From Ylistrum balloti (Eukaryota), in assembly GCF_031769215.1 (NCBI RefSeq), contig NW_026782137.1:434001-498000 (forward strand): 64,000 nt of DNA. Direction: 5' to 3'. A program made the position numbers and the translations under genes. This document shows positions 12,001 through 24,066 of this stretch, in pieces. Position 1 is the first letter of the stretch. Each line of letters starts with the position of its first letter. The notes under the pieces were generated by a model. It ran no database searches and had not been told where the DNA came from. It was given only the letters and a program-made list of their open reading frames with translations.

Positions 12001-15000
12001 AAGTGACAGATATAATCTGTGTCTCCATATACTATTGAAGTTTGGCATCATTTGTGTTTATGTTATCTTCTGCAGCTGAAATGTCACAGTTGTGGTGAAG
12101 CTACGACAGAGTTTCAATATCTAACACTGATAGTAAGTACCATTTTCTTACATCATCTTTTTATATATGTCAAATTAAAGGTGTTGATGTTCACTGCTGA
12201 AACAATGGCTCATTCACAGGATATTTCACAGATTTCAAGCTTTCAAGTTTATAGGAACTTTTGTCAATAAAGCAACCACTTTCTGATTCAGTTCACCTAT
12301 TTAGTGACTGCTGGTGTGTTCAGCTCATTTTTTTTTTATACTTTTTTGAAAACATGTCGTAAGTTTCCAATAAACATATTGTAATTGTCCAGATTTAAAC
12401 CCATTCATTTATTTTAACAAATCTTTGATATAAAGTTTTCATAGAGATTCCAACAGTGTTATATTATTGTTCTGAAATAAGCTCACTTTCCTTTTAGTAG
12501 AGCAGGTAATATATTGGTCTCCGGTGATTATTGCAGGATAAATATGATATGGAGACATCATCATCTGCTGGTGTATGTCACTTCCTGATAATTATATCCT
12601 CTGTTGGTGAAAGATGATGATATTTATCAACTAAATAAACTTTCTACAGTTGAGTGTTGCAAATGGTCAAATCTGTAAAAAAAAAAAAAAAATAGAAAAG
12701 GTATGAAATGACAAGTTTGAGTGAGGATCTTTGCTTCCTAGATTGTTCTGATACAGGTCTGTTCAAGTAAACTACCGTGAATGATCTTGATCTAAAGCTG
12801 GTTCAGGTCATAAGGTGTCAAAAATTACAGGAAACCTCATTTGTTAGGAAAGAAAGCTATCAGAGTGGTCAAATTTAATGAATACATGGAAAAGAATAAG
12901 GTGTTCAAAATTACACGTAAAAGAAAATTCTCCGTAATAATGATAGCAATGCCATAAAGAGCAGTTCTATCAATTCTTAAGGAAGTTAAGTACTAATAAC
13001 AAATATTCTGCTAATGTATCCTGCCTGGTATTGGAAATACATGATTCTAGGGTTGTCTGAGGACCGGATTTACCTATAACAGTACCCCTAATTGTATTTT
13101 TTGGTAGCACTTTGGTTCATATTCATTTGTAGTTTTAATTTCTTTTGAACACTAAATTAAAATATATGGCATGCAAATTAAAACACAAAACACAATAGGT
13201 AGGTTTGGTTAAACTCTTGTGGAAGGAAAATGACGAAATGATCGATTAGTTTTCACAGAATTTTGAGAGTTGAAAAAACAATTTATTAGTATGTGTACAT
13301 GTAATTACATATTTTTATTTTTACATTTTGTAGGACAGTTCTCCATTAAAAGGTGGCCGAGGCTCAGCTAGTTTGGTGATGAGATGTAAACTGTGTTCCA
13401 GAGAAAATTCTATAGGTAAACTGGCTCAAGTTTATGCTGTTGAACTGTTATACAGTATGTTTAATGGAATAAGCTTTAGATAGATATTTTTTTATTTTAA
13501 CTTACTGTTAGAGTTTAAACCTGCAAACAACTTTATTCTATCAACATTATACTTGTAAGGCCATTTCTCTTTGGTGAATGAAATCATTGAGAATGTAATC
13601 AAATACATGCATAATGAACATCATGTATTGGTGAAGTGGTTTATTTTACAGTATGTGCTCCCATCATCTCAGTCTTATATACTTTAAATGATTTCTCGAT
13701 TTTTTATACGCCCGTCAAAAGACCAACGTATTATGGTATGGCGCTGTCCGTCTGTCCGTCCGGCATCCGACGTAAACTTTTATTTGTCCGGAGATCTCCT
13801 CCAACATTTTTCAGCTGATCTTTATGAAACTTGGTAGGCTTAATCACCATGATATGAAAATGTGTTTTCCTGAATGGGGTTTTGATAAGACGATTTGAAT
13901 AAGAGTTATGCCCCTTTGTTTATTTCACTATAAATCTTGTCCGGAGATCTCCTCCTACATTTTTCAGTCGATCTTTATGAAACTTGGTAGGCTTAATCAC
14001 CATGATATGAAATTGTGTTTTCCTGGATTTGATTAGACGATTTGAATAAGAGTTATGCCCCTTTGCTGTTTTGGATATTCAGGGGTGTATTTTGTTCCGC
14101 TTTGCAGTACTCTTGTTCTTTAACAGAAAAGGGAGCTGCTAAATCTTATTACTTTTGTTTAATAAAATGGGAATGTGAAAATAGTGAATTATTCATGCAT
14201 TTACTGCTGTAAAATGAAAATAAAAGATACATTTTTATGCTCCCAAAAAAATTCGAAAAAGCATAAAGTTGCTGCTTTGTTTGTCCATCTCTCTGTCCAT
14301 CATTTTGTGTCCAGAGCACAACTTTGCACAAAGTTGAGCAAGGATAATGAAACTTGGTGTATACACTTTGGTAATACTACAGCAATGTACCAAATTCAGG
14401 GCCTATGACCCTTCAGTTACAGAGTTATTACCCTTTGTTGAAATTTGTGTCTGGAGCATAACTTTGCATTAAAACTATGATAATGAAACTTGGTGTATAC
14501 ACTTTGGTAATACTACGGCAATGTGTAGTGTACCAAATTCAGGGCATATGACCCTTCAGTTACAGAGTTATTGCCCTTTGTTGAAATTTGTGTCTGGAGC
14601 ATAACTTTGCATTTAAACTAAGATAATGAAACTTGGTGTATACATTTGTCATACTAAGAGGATTTACACTCTCCCAAATTTAATGCCTGAAATCCCATAA
14701 TTACAGAATTATTGCCCTTTATTAAAATTTGGTGTTAAATAAGTTGTCTTTGGGGATCATTCATCAGTTTCACTGATAATCTTGTTATCTAATTACAACT
14801 TAGACAGGATTCTGTCACTGTGAAGAGTCCTTTACAATGTTCCTTACAAGGATAAGTAGAATGCCTTATGGCACTTCTCAAAAGCCCTGGTTTTCTTGCT
14901 ATAGACACAGCTTGAGATATAAAAGAAGGCAACATCTTTTTACTGTTTCAGACATAATTAAAGATTCAATAAAACCTTATAACATAGATGACAGTGGAAA

Positions 15001-18000
15001 ATTCAAGACAGTTGTGGTGTTTGATTGTCGAGGCATGGAACCTGTCGACTTTTCCCCGAGAGTAAGTGTAGCCAACTCAGTTACAGGTTGATGGTTAATT
15101 TTGTTCTCATTTAACATGTCTCTGTGTGGTTGATTTTTCCTGCTATAAAAGGATCATTTTGAAGACGAAACTGGCAATGTTTGATTCTGCTTAGTAAATT
15201 TAGGGCCCTTCATGAAGGTGCAAATACCCTATAGTAATCATGGTGTCTGTCTGTCTGTCTGTCTATCAACACTTTTGTTGCCTTGTGATGATTTGAGTTT
15301 CCTTATTGAAAGTGCTTGCATGGGATTGCTTTTCAGCTTAAAGGGTCAAAGGTCAAGGTCACTTACTATAAATAGAAAATCAGATTCGCTGCAATAACTC
15401 AAATTTGCTTTAGCCAATCAAACTAAAACCTCATACAATGTCCCAGATTGCTTTTCAGCTTCGAAAGTCAAAAGTCAATGTCACTACTACTATAACTAGA
15501 AAAATCAGTTTCCTTGCAATAACTCAAGTTTGCTTTTGACCAATCAAACTCAAACCTCATACACTGCTTCCTTACTAAAATTACTGGCTTTGGATCGCTT
15601 TTCAGGTTTCAGGGTCAATGGTCCAGATTACTGTTACTCTAAGTAGAGAATTGGTTTCCATGACATAACTTGAGTTCCCTTGGACCAAACAAACTCAAAC
15701 TTCATGCACTGCTTTCTTACTGAAAGTGCTTACTTTTCAGACTCAGAAGTTAAAGGTTGAGGTTATTGTTGCTACAATGGAATATCCATTTTGTGGAATA
15801 ACTCAAGTTTGCTGTAGCCAATCTAAATCAAACTTCACACAATGCTTCCTTCCCAAAAGTGCTTGCTTTGAATATTGCTCTTTATATCCCAAGTTCTAAG
15901 GTGAAGGTCACTGTTGTTAAAATATTTAAATGAAAAATCAGATTGTTGAATGTATTTTTTATTATTTTTTTTTTTTCGCAACAGTCTTTCTTCAATTTTG
16001 TGGCAAGGAGTTTTTCATTGTGTTGTATTATGTGTGTAAGCAAAGAAAACATTTTGTTGTGTTGTAGGTTGGATTTATGGCTGAGGGATCAGAAACAGGT
16101 ACAAAGTTTCCTGAAGTGGAATTAACAGAAGGTGTAAGTATATAGATAAATTTGTGTCTATTACATCACATGACTTTTTACTTCCATTTTGACAACAACA
16201 GCAACATAATGGATAATTCATACACAATCCATATAAACAAATAGCGATATTTACTATTTATCTGGGAATCTGGTCGGGATCTTTCCTTGATCTCCGACAG
16301 ATTCCCGCGCATAGCTTCTTGGTAACTGCGGACGTGTCTTCGCTATATACATCGATTCCACATAGGGATGGCATTCTTGCGGCCAAACGCGCTTTGGATA
16401 CTAGAGGTGATAATTCTCCACCTACATGGATCCTCCTGCGGTTTCTACATTTTGTCTTGACTTGTAATTGTTTTAGATTTAACAACCAACATTACCTTCA
16501 AATTCAAGGCACTAGCATGGGTACCAAATGTGCGCCGAACTATGCCGTTTTATTCATGGACCAACTTGAAACCAATTTTCTAACATCTCAACCTCTGAAA
16601 CCTCTAGTATGGTGGAGGTTCATCGATGATATTTTCTTTATTTGGACCTTCCGTCGCGAGGACCTTTGTGCCTTCATGGAGAGTCTCAACCGATTTCATC
16701 CCAAAATTAAATTCACCTATGAGGTAAGCTCTACCAGTATGAATTTCCTAGACACCACGGTAATCAAAGAGGAAGACGGCACATTGCAAACCACATTGTA
16801 TACCAAACCCACGGACGCACATCTTTACCTTCACTATCATTCATGCCACCCTCGTCAGCAAATCCGGAACATCCCGTTTGGACAACTCCTCAGGGTACGC
16901 CGTATATGTTCTACGTTGGACGAGTTTGAAAAACATAGCCGAGTCATGTGTGACCACTTCCGACTACGGGGATATCCACGGAATCTTTTAGAGTCGGCCA
17001 CAGTTAAAGCGAGGAACACCGATAGATTAACTTTACTTCGGAAGGCGGATACAAATGCCAAAACCATTGTTCCATTCATAACTAAATACGATCCTCATCG
17101 TCAACATATAGGATCAATCCTGAAAAACCATAGAGGCATCCTCAACCGTATTGGCCCCCAAATGGACCACTCGGTTATCACTCTAGCTTACAAGAGAGCC
17201 AACAATATTAGGAATCTTCTAGTTAGAGCGGACATTGATCCACCAAACCGTACTAAGGGTAGTCAACCTTGTCGCCGACCATGCAATTTGTGTCCGTTCA
17301 TGGAAAACTGCTCCTCCGTTACGAGCAAATCAAACAAACAAACGTTTACCATCCGACACAGTATTAACTGTAACTCTACTAGCGTAGTTTATATGATACA
17401 ATGTCAGAAATGCGGTACTCAATATATTCGACAAACCGGTAACTCCATCAGAGAACGATTCCATGGTCATTTTGCTGATATCAGGAATAAAAACATGCAC
17501 AAACCAGTCTCGCGTCACTTCACCTCTACGGAACACGACACAGAGAATGTGAAAATTATCGGTCTCCAAATCACCCCAGGGAATGTTAATACACGCCTAC
17601 GTACAGAAGAAGCCTTTATCACATACTTGAACACCGCAGAACCACAGGGACTTAATATCAGACACGGATAATCTGGATAACGTCTGGATAACGGTGGATG
17701 TAAACTATTATTATCACTGTGAATCTACTATGTAACATTCATTGTCATACTAGTGACCAATCTTGCGACTTGATATGTATATAGGTGTATATACACACAC
17801 ATTGTGTTTTCATTGGATTTATTTTTGCAAGCATTGGAACTGTAACTCAGCGAACATTCACATAGAACAGCCTTTTATTACTTACCGATAGTGTACAAAT
17901 TGTACATAAATCTTCATCTACAATATTACGCGGCTTAGATTATCATACATATCGGATATATCATCTGTAGTCCTTATGTATTAATAACTCTACTAAGAAT

Positions 18001-19149
18001 CAAATTTGTACATTATTCAGCAGTAACTTGTTACTATATTGCGGTGTTCCGCCCATACCAATTCTCTAGTATTATGACGTCACTAACTTTCCACGTCATT
18101 GTAACCAGTGTACTATCTATGATGTCATATAAATAACATGTGTAGTTGCTATGCTTAGATGATATATATAGTCCTGTATTTTGAATTTACTCTGTTCTGA
18201 GGATGACACACCTAGTGTGTCGAAACATGTCAACCATTAAACTTGACCTAATCTACCGAAGGTGTTGTCTGGCTGTCTGTTCCTGGTGTTTCACTATCTG
18301 GGAATCTGTTAACTTTTCTAGAAGATTACACCTTAATCCAATGACCTCTAAAACTTGGTAGGATTTAAAAAATTTCTTTTATTAATACATTAATTTAGAT
18401 ATCATGTGTTGGTTTGGTATCTAATTATCAAAACATTGAGTACACACAACTGCTATCGGAGAACAACACTCAGAGTTTAGATCATCACTTTAAATGACTG
18501 TTTTAAAGGATTAACATGTCAAAAGCACTTTCAATGTAAATTTAAAATAAGGTAGAGTGGAGCAGAGTTAGGAATGAAACTGTATTACACAGCTGTTTTG
18601 TCCTCCTAGGACTTGTCAGTGATGCTATGGGCCAAACATAGGAGGTGACTGTAGACGATAAAAATGTAGACTGGGAGGTGCACTAATCCCATAATGCAAT
18701 CAATTTGGTTTCCTTTCATATCTCTAATGATTAAAAAAGTCAAGTACATGTGTATTTTCTGAATTGTGCCACTATTCAAATGAATTGAAATGTGGCATGC
18801 AGATTGAAAGATAAAAATTATTCAAAGTTTCATGCGTGACAGTTAACCTGATAGAAAAGTGAAATCCTTCAGAGCCTAGCTGCTCATTGATCTATCATGT
18901 AGTGGTATGATATCGAACTTAACTTTGATGATGCACAAAATTATTTTGAAATTCTGTAAAGAGGTAGCAGCTGTGCTGTTATGTATAAGATGGGGAGTTG
19001 ATTATTAGAATGTCAAATACAGTATGTACATGGTGTCTTTTCTTTTATTGATTATTTCTCTCCTTTTTCAGGATTGGGTTGACTATGATGAAAAGCAAGG
19101 CGAATCAGTGGGAGTGTATGATATTGAACACAAGTTTGTCAAGTGCTAA
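9017..19149 (+). CDS. CZIB: CXXC motif containing zinc binding protein (UPF0587, C1orf123), 160 aa, 7 coding exons
   Basis: Exons 9017-9022 (MV, least certain), 11797-11880 (KIGLQFKADLEFLTNLRPDGEDFRWYVK), 12076-12132 (LKCHSCGE...), 13334-13415 (DSSPLKGGRGSASLVMRCKLCSRENSI), 14952-15061 (...VFDCRGMEPVDFSPR), 16068-16133 and 19072-19149 (DWVDYDEKQGESVGVYDIEHKFVKC*). Phases are consistent, both CxxC pairs are present, and the total of 160 aa matches the human protein length as I recall it. Confidence 0.93.
9340..10650 (-). mobile_element. Decayed non-LTR retrotransposon (APE-type LINE, CR1/L2-like) with most of the RT core deleted, in CZIB intron 1
   Basis: Broken minus-strand frames: DTSEHDIILAD (APE end), PWIKGQLRK, KANILN, PDKGPCPY, KLLKNIN. 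These jump directly to TLVCP...DPHT...LEKVQHRTARY...SITNMIESLHW...RLIMVYKI and ...TQWNSLP. Many stops and frameshifts; boundaries approximate. Confidence 0.75.
13700..14121. mobile_element. Helentron-associated non-autonomous element (HINE/DINE-like) 1
   Basis: Starts TTTTTATACGCCCGTC, followed by a GTCC microsatellite and two diverged internal repeats (TTGTCCGGAGATCTCC...GAGTTATGCCCCTTT). A 3' sub-terminal inverted motif GGGTGTAT precedes a T-rich end. Confidence 0.72.
14232..14786. mobile_element. HINE-like element 2
   Basis: 5' TTTTTATGCTCCC; about three ~135-bp internal repeats (GATAATGAAACTTGGTGTATAC...GAGTTATTGCCCTTTG); 3' GGGGATCAT followed by the perfect hairpin ATCAGT-TTC-ACTGAT and CTTGTT. 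Confidence 0.72.
15199..15930. mobile_element. HINE-like element 3 (3' end unclear)
   Basis: 5' TAGGG...CCCTA inverted motif, a (GTCT)n microsatellite, then about five diverged ~120-bp repeats containing CAATAACTC...GCCAATCAAACTCAAACCTCAT. Confidence 0.6.
16319..17671 (+). CDS. PLE polyprotein remnant: RT domains 3-7, thumb and C-terminal GIY-YIG endonuclease
   Basis: DVSSLYTSIP, GTSMGTKCAPNYAVLFM, WWRFIDDIFFIW, FLD, LYTKPTD, IPFGQLLRVRRICS, CxxxCxxC linker, VVYMIQCQKCGTQYIRQTG...ERF, and LNTAEPQGLN. Confidence 0.9.
   Translation: MVTADVSSLYTSIPHRDGILAAKRALDTRGDNSPPTWILLRFLHFVLTCNCFRFNNQHYLQIQGTSMGTKCAPNYAVLFMDQLETNFLTSQPLKPLVWWRFIDDIFFIWTFRREDLCAFMESLNRFHPKIKFTYEVSSTSMNFLDTTVIKEEDGTLQTTLYTKPTDAHLYLHYHSCHPRQQIRNIPFGQLLRVRRICSTLDEFEKHSRVMCDHFRLRGYPRNLLESATVKARNTDRLTLLRKADTNAKTIVPFITKYDPHRQHIGSILKNHRGILNRIGPQMDHSVITLAYKRANNIRNLLVRADIDPPNRTKGSQPCRRPCNLCPFMENCSSVTSKSNKQTFTIRHSINCNSTSVVYMIQCQKCGTQYIRQTGNSIRERFHGHFADIRNKNMHKPVSRHFTSTEHDTENVKIIGLQITPGNVNTRLRTEEAFITYLNTAEPQGLNIRHG
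18194..18234 (+). ncRNA. Minimal type I hammerhead ribozyme in the PLE 3' region
   Basis: GTT-CTGAGGA-T-GACACAC-CTA-GTGTGTC-GAAA-CAT-GTC-AAC: catalytic core CUGANGA and GAAA, perfect 7-bp stem II, palindromic ACATGT stem III, GUC cleavage triplet (cut after 18231) and 3-bp stem I. Confidence 0.85.
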
Positions 19150-21849
19150 CAGACATATTTAAGATCTCTTCAGCGTTATACAGGAGACGTCCTTTAGAGG
19201 AGAGGTTTCTTCAATGAGGCTATTCATAGATGACGCAATTTTCAAGAAATGGTGCAAAATAAAATTTCTCAATTTGATATTTCATGTATCACTGCTTTCG
19301 GATTTTTACTTCATATTTTATGTTTACGACAGAAAAATCATGATAATTTTTTTTTGTGATTTCATTATCTTGAAAATAAAATACAATTTTTTTTCTGAAA
19401 AATACCTTATTTGGTCCTTTCAAAATAAGCTTTTATTGAAGTTGATACAATCTGAAAATCAACTGTCATAATGTGAAGGTTTGTTGTAAGCGACTCATTA
19501 CCATATGTAACTATTGATGGCCTGGTAATGAGGAAAACTGTGGTAGTTTTAAGAGAAACATATCTACCTATACATGCTGGGCATGGAAAAGGATGGACTT
19601 CATAACTCCCGGACATTTTATGGAAGTGTTCCTATTCAGGTAGAAGCAAGACCTTAAGTTTACTTGATGTATTCAGATATTATGGACCACTGTTTACCAT
19701 GAAGTGACAAGTTTACTCATGTATATCAATATTTGTACTGATGTTTCATTATCGTCAGTGAAATGTCATAATTTTTTACTTTGATAAAAGCTATCAAAAA
19801 TCTTCACATGGAATTCATTGTTACAGATTATCTGTAGAACAGCATGTGAAAAGTGAGTAGAATTGTTCTGGTAAATCTTTGTTAAATACACCAAGATATT
19901 AAGAATATTTACCCTGAATAGCCCAAATATAGCGATTAGTGCACCCATACATATTGCCTATACACACCAGTACTGTTTCACTGTCCAGTATTTCACTATC
20001 ATCAAACAAGATGATGCATAGTAGAAAACAGTAAAATGATGATATTATGATGATAATTTTACATTTCTGGATGGAAACATCCTTGCTTCCCAAACCTATG
20101 ACGTTTACATATCTTTTGTTCATATGTTGGCATAGTTTTATTGAATATGAGTTTGGATTATGATTATGTTGATTTGCTACTTTGTTGTTATTTTATTGTT
20201 GTGAATTAAAGCATTTTGCAGACATATCATCATTAAAGATTACACCTCTAAAGATTATTCCATTAATTACTCATTATCAAAGGAATGTTAATATTTTGTC
20301 ACTGAATAACTTTATTTCACTGGTATTAACAATATTCTGATCATTTTGCTTTGATTCATAGTTACAGAATGTAGATACAGTGTAATATTTCAGTAGGTTT
20401 ACTTGTGAAATATATCCAACTTTATTGGGAAACAGATCATCTGTGTCAAGACATTTCTTAGATACATGTTTGTTTGGGTATGAACACCACAGCATTCACT
20501 TGCCTAATTAACTAATAAAAGAACCAAATTAAGAAAGTCTGTAAAAATTTAATTACAAGTTATTTTTTCATTCTTCGGAATATGAAAGGTGGAACCATAA
20601 ACTTAAAAATTATACATTGAGATACTACATCATCTGTGTACATGAATACATTTTCAACATTCTGTGAAAGAAATGCATTTTTGGGAAAATGACTTGTTTA
20701 AAATGGCTTCTTCATTCAGTCTTCAAAATATATGAAGTGCAATTAGCCCAAGATTTTGCCTCAATACCACTGAAAAACTGCAAAGCACATTTAAGGGATA
20801 TTAATTGAGCTACCTTCAGTGTTAAGTTGGATGATAGTGGACTTTGAAGACACCTGATGTGAGCTCTTTGGGTGAAACAATAAATCACACCTTCTTTACA
20901 TTATCTTTAACAATATGGACATATGATCCCTAAAATCTATAATCCAAGTGAACGGTTCATGCTAAAATATTCATATTAAAAAAAAGAGAACTTGGCTGAT
21001 GGATTTGTTTTTAGTGTCCTATTAATAGCTAAGATCTTTTAAAGACATACTGTGTAGTTGCTTTATATGTGTAGTGCGACATGTAGACCTGTTGTATCAA
21101 AAGAGACATGGGATGTATTTATCATTCTTGTTACTAGATAAAGTAGTTCCATCCCACAATAATTCCAAGATATTTATAGGTGTAAAATGTTTCCCAATAT
21201 GAATACATTACATTAAGGATTTCCTTTTCCTTGGGAAACTCTAATTATGCTTTTAAAACTGAGGCTAGGGGATGGGTGATAGATACACAAGCATTGATAT
21301 AGACTGATTCCACAGTTTTTAGTTTGACATCTTAGTACATCAGTGTTGTTACAATGAAAGCCAAGTGTGAAGGTAGCAGCTGTAAAAATATTTATAGAGG
21401 GACCTTAAGGTCAATAACCAGAAACTTTCTGAATACAAACGGTTGTCTCGGCTTTTAGAGGCAGATACTTTTACTGATGAGTAAGAGAGTTCTCCGAAAC
21501 CTGCCGGAAAAAGTAATGATCTGTATTGGGGAACTTTTACATGCAAAATGCACTTTATACTTGAAGACATTTGATCAAAATTCATCTGCCTTGCCAAAGT
21601 GGGCAAAACATCAACCCATTTACCATCACAAACGTGTGTCTTCTCTCCTGTTGTATTTGTTAAGATCATTTCATTGGAAAGGACCTAAACAATGATGTAG
21701 AAATTTTCAAACTAATGTAAGAGAAAGCTTAATTTCTCAGATCACAGGAAATAAATGATCTTTTAGAGATATCACAAATATCATGAAAACAAGAATCTCA
21801 CTTTACTAAACTTCTCCTCTTTCGATAAGTAAAGAGAACACTTCCTTAT

Positions 21850-22400
21850 TTGTACTGTTCCTCTCTTGACACAGATACAAACAAAGATGATGCAACGATT
21901 CTGTTCCATGTCAAACTAAAGACCGATATATCATGGAAACAGCATGAAACACAATTTACTGTGTCAAAATCAAGTGCTTTAAAAACATTCCATTCTGTGA
22001 TACAATCACTAGAAAAAGGAGTTGTGATGGTTTTTCTTGGTCATGATTGCTTCTCAAGAGAAAAGCTTCTGAAAACAAAACATTGTGTTTTCACCAGAAT
22101 GCCACTGTCATCCTTGATAGCACAGCATATAGAAGTGGTCATTGGCACCTGGCAAGATAAGTGAGCACTTCAACAGTTATGGTAACTGTGAAACCAGAGT
22201 CTATCAACACTCCTGAAGAACATTACGGCCTATTTGTGACACAATATTAAAGTGAAGTACATTGTGTAGATACTACATGGCAGCTCTGATACTGTCAATC
22301 CATACAGGATTATTACAGTCAGTGTCCTATGGAACAGATAACCATGGGGTTGTGTGCTCAAATAGCCAGTGTCCTATATCATTTAGGATACCATACAGAC
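21850..22400 (+). mobile_element. Decayed ISL2EU/Harbinger-related (DDE_Tnp_4-type) transposase remnant
   Basis: ILFHVKLKTDISWKQHETQFTVSKSSA resembles the HTH preceding DDE_Tnp_4 domains. VFLGHDCFSREKLL resembles LGFxHxxRExxI. A downstream frame YYSQCPMEQITMGLCAQIASVLYHLGY resembles the SWIM-like WYCxCxxGxRTVGxCAHIASVLWYLG tail. The catalytic core appears to be missing. Confidence 0.5.
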
Positions 22401-22769
22401 TTAGCATTGTACCTAAAAGATTGTACAAATCACACACCTTAAAATAACACCTTTTATTATAGAACAGCAAAACAAAAAATCTGATTGCATTATACAACTG
22501 TTTTGTCCTTTTGTCAGTGATGCTAACGGCAAAATTTCTTAAAAATCTACCTTTTTGGCATGGTGTCATTACATGTAACAGAACTGGTATTGTGCACTAC
22601 TCTCTTAAGATAAACACATTGCTAACTGTTAAAACTGCTCTGGTGATCTTTGGAATATGACTTGAAGACTTCAGGAAATTACTGATGATATGACACAGGC
22701 TGTTTAAACCTGTCTGTACAGATAACGGCTACCCTTCAGTTCTCCAGTCACTCACCAATCTATGAAGGT

Positions 22770-22930
22770 TGAGTTAGCAATCGAGGGAGAGGTTACTATT
22801 AACATCAGTAACATTTTACATCAGAAATCTGTCCAAGCTAACATCCCACCTTACTACCAATACAGAAATACAGCTATCATTTGCTACGGTTACTCAAAGC
22901 ACACTGCATCCAAATAAACGTTTCAATAGC
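22770..22930 (+). mobile_element. Naiad-type Penelope-like remnant (pre-RT region)
   Basis: INISNILHQKSVQANIPPYYQYRNTAIICYGYSKHTASK matches the recurring INIxNILHxKxVxxxIPxYFxxxxxPIISYxYTxxIASK motif of RT-bearing PLEs in bivalves (recognised from memory). Confidence 0.55.
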
Positions 22931-23749
22931 AACCAAACGCTGCATAGTAACGTTCAGTTTTGAGAGTTATTCCTGAACGATCTAAGATATCATCTACACA
23001 TATGCAAATTGTGATGTGATGTGAATCATAGTGGCACGGTTCAGAATTACTACACAAAGGTCACTGATGTCTCTGACAAAAACATCTCCACCAAGGTTTT
23101 AAGGTGTTAAGGGGGTATGGTGCTATTCACATGTATCGTATCGTATGTACTATCTTTGAAATGCAGGTGGTAGCCTGGATGTTAGTAGACTTCCAGTCCC
23201 CAAGGTTTACCATAACCTGCGAGTCGCTATTTCCATCATTTGAATTTTGGCACAGTTGAGAGTATGTCGCATACTTCTACATAATCATTATCGTCAGATT
23301 TATGGAAATTACAAACTTTACAGAATTATGGGGCTAGCGCACCTCCCGATCTTTATTTTGAATCTCTTCTATTCCCTACAATTATGTTCAGCATTGCAGT
23401 GGTATAACGGCTTCCTTGCCTGTTGCCAGTACAATGTAAATAGGTGGGATGCCGTTTGACCGTATACTTCAGTGTGTTAACACTATGATAATTTACAAAT
23501 GACACACAGGTGAATAGCATCGATTAATACAAATCTAGATTTGATTTAAACAAGTTTCTGATACATTTACATGGAAACAATTACCATCATGTAAACATGC
23601 ATATATCTACAATGATTATTATCATTAAGATTTAAATTAAAATCTGTTACTAGGCTTAATAAAAGACTGCATATGTCTGAAGATATTTGAACTCATTTAG
23701 AAATGATACAATAGCGCCAAACAATGAATTAAACTTCATCACACCGCTT

Positions 23750-24066
23750 TTTTGTCCTTCTGGGACTCGTCAGTGATGTCAAGAGCCGAAATATGAAGCC
23801 AGGAGGCGACTGAAGAAAATCCAATATGTCGAAATCTAGATGGAGGGCTTCAGTTCCGCACAATCAGGAAAGATTGTGCACTTACATTGCATAAACGCGG
23901 AGTCTGTCCTTAATTGACTGTATTATTGTCGACTGCTTTGCCCATTGTTAGCATTATATGTCCCGGTGGAGGTGTGACCTTTATTTTTTGCAGGATATGT
24001 CGGTGAGGCAGTGTACTTCTTTAAAGTAGACTCTAAGTATCACTGAAAAGTCCTAGGAGGACAAAA
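23750..24066. mobile_element. MITE-like element with 28-bp imperfect terminal inverted repeats; the same terminus recurs elsewhere
   Basis: TTTTGTCCTTCTGGGACTCGTCAGTGAT at 23750-23777 versus the reverse complement of 24039-24066, TTTTGTCCTCCTAGGACTTTTCAGTGAT (24/28). Related single copies near 18597, 22500 and 39268. Confidence 0.55.

Larger units (their letters stand above)
16273..18294 (+). mobile_element. Penelope-like retroelement (RT + GIY-YIG), 5'-truncated, in CZIB intron 6
   Basis: The 14-bp direct repeat TATCTGGGAATCTG flanks it (16259-16272, 18295-18308). Uninterrupted ORF, then a 3' non-coding region containing a hammerhead ribozyme. Confidence 0.92.

Noticed and set aside
21460-21505. 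Type III hammerhead-like motif (GGCAG-ATA…CTGATGA…GAAAC-CTGCC)
   Set aside because: Stem III could pair with one mismatch, but only 6 unpairable nucleotides are available for stem I and stem II is bulged. Treated as coincidence.
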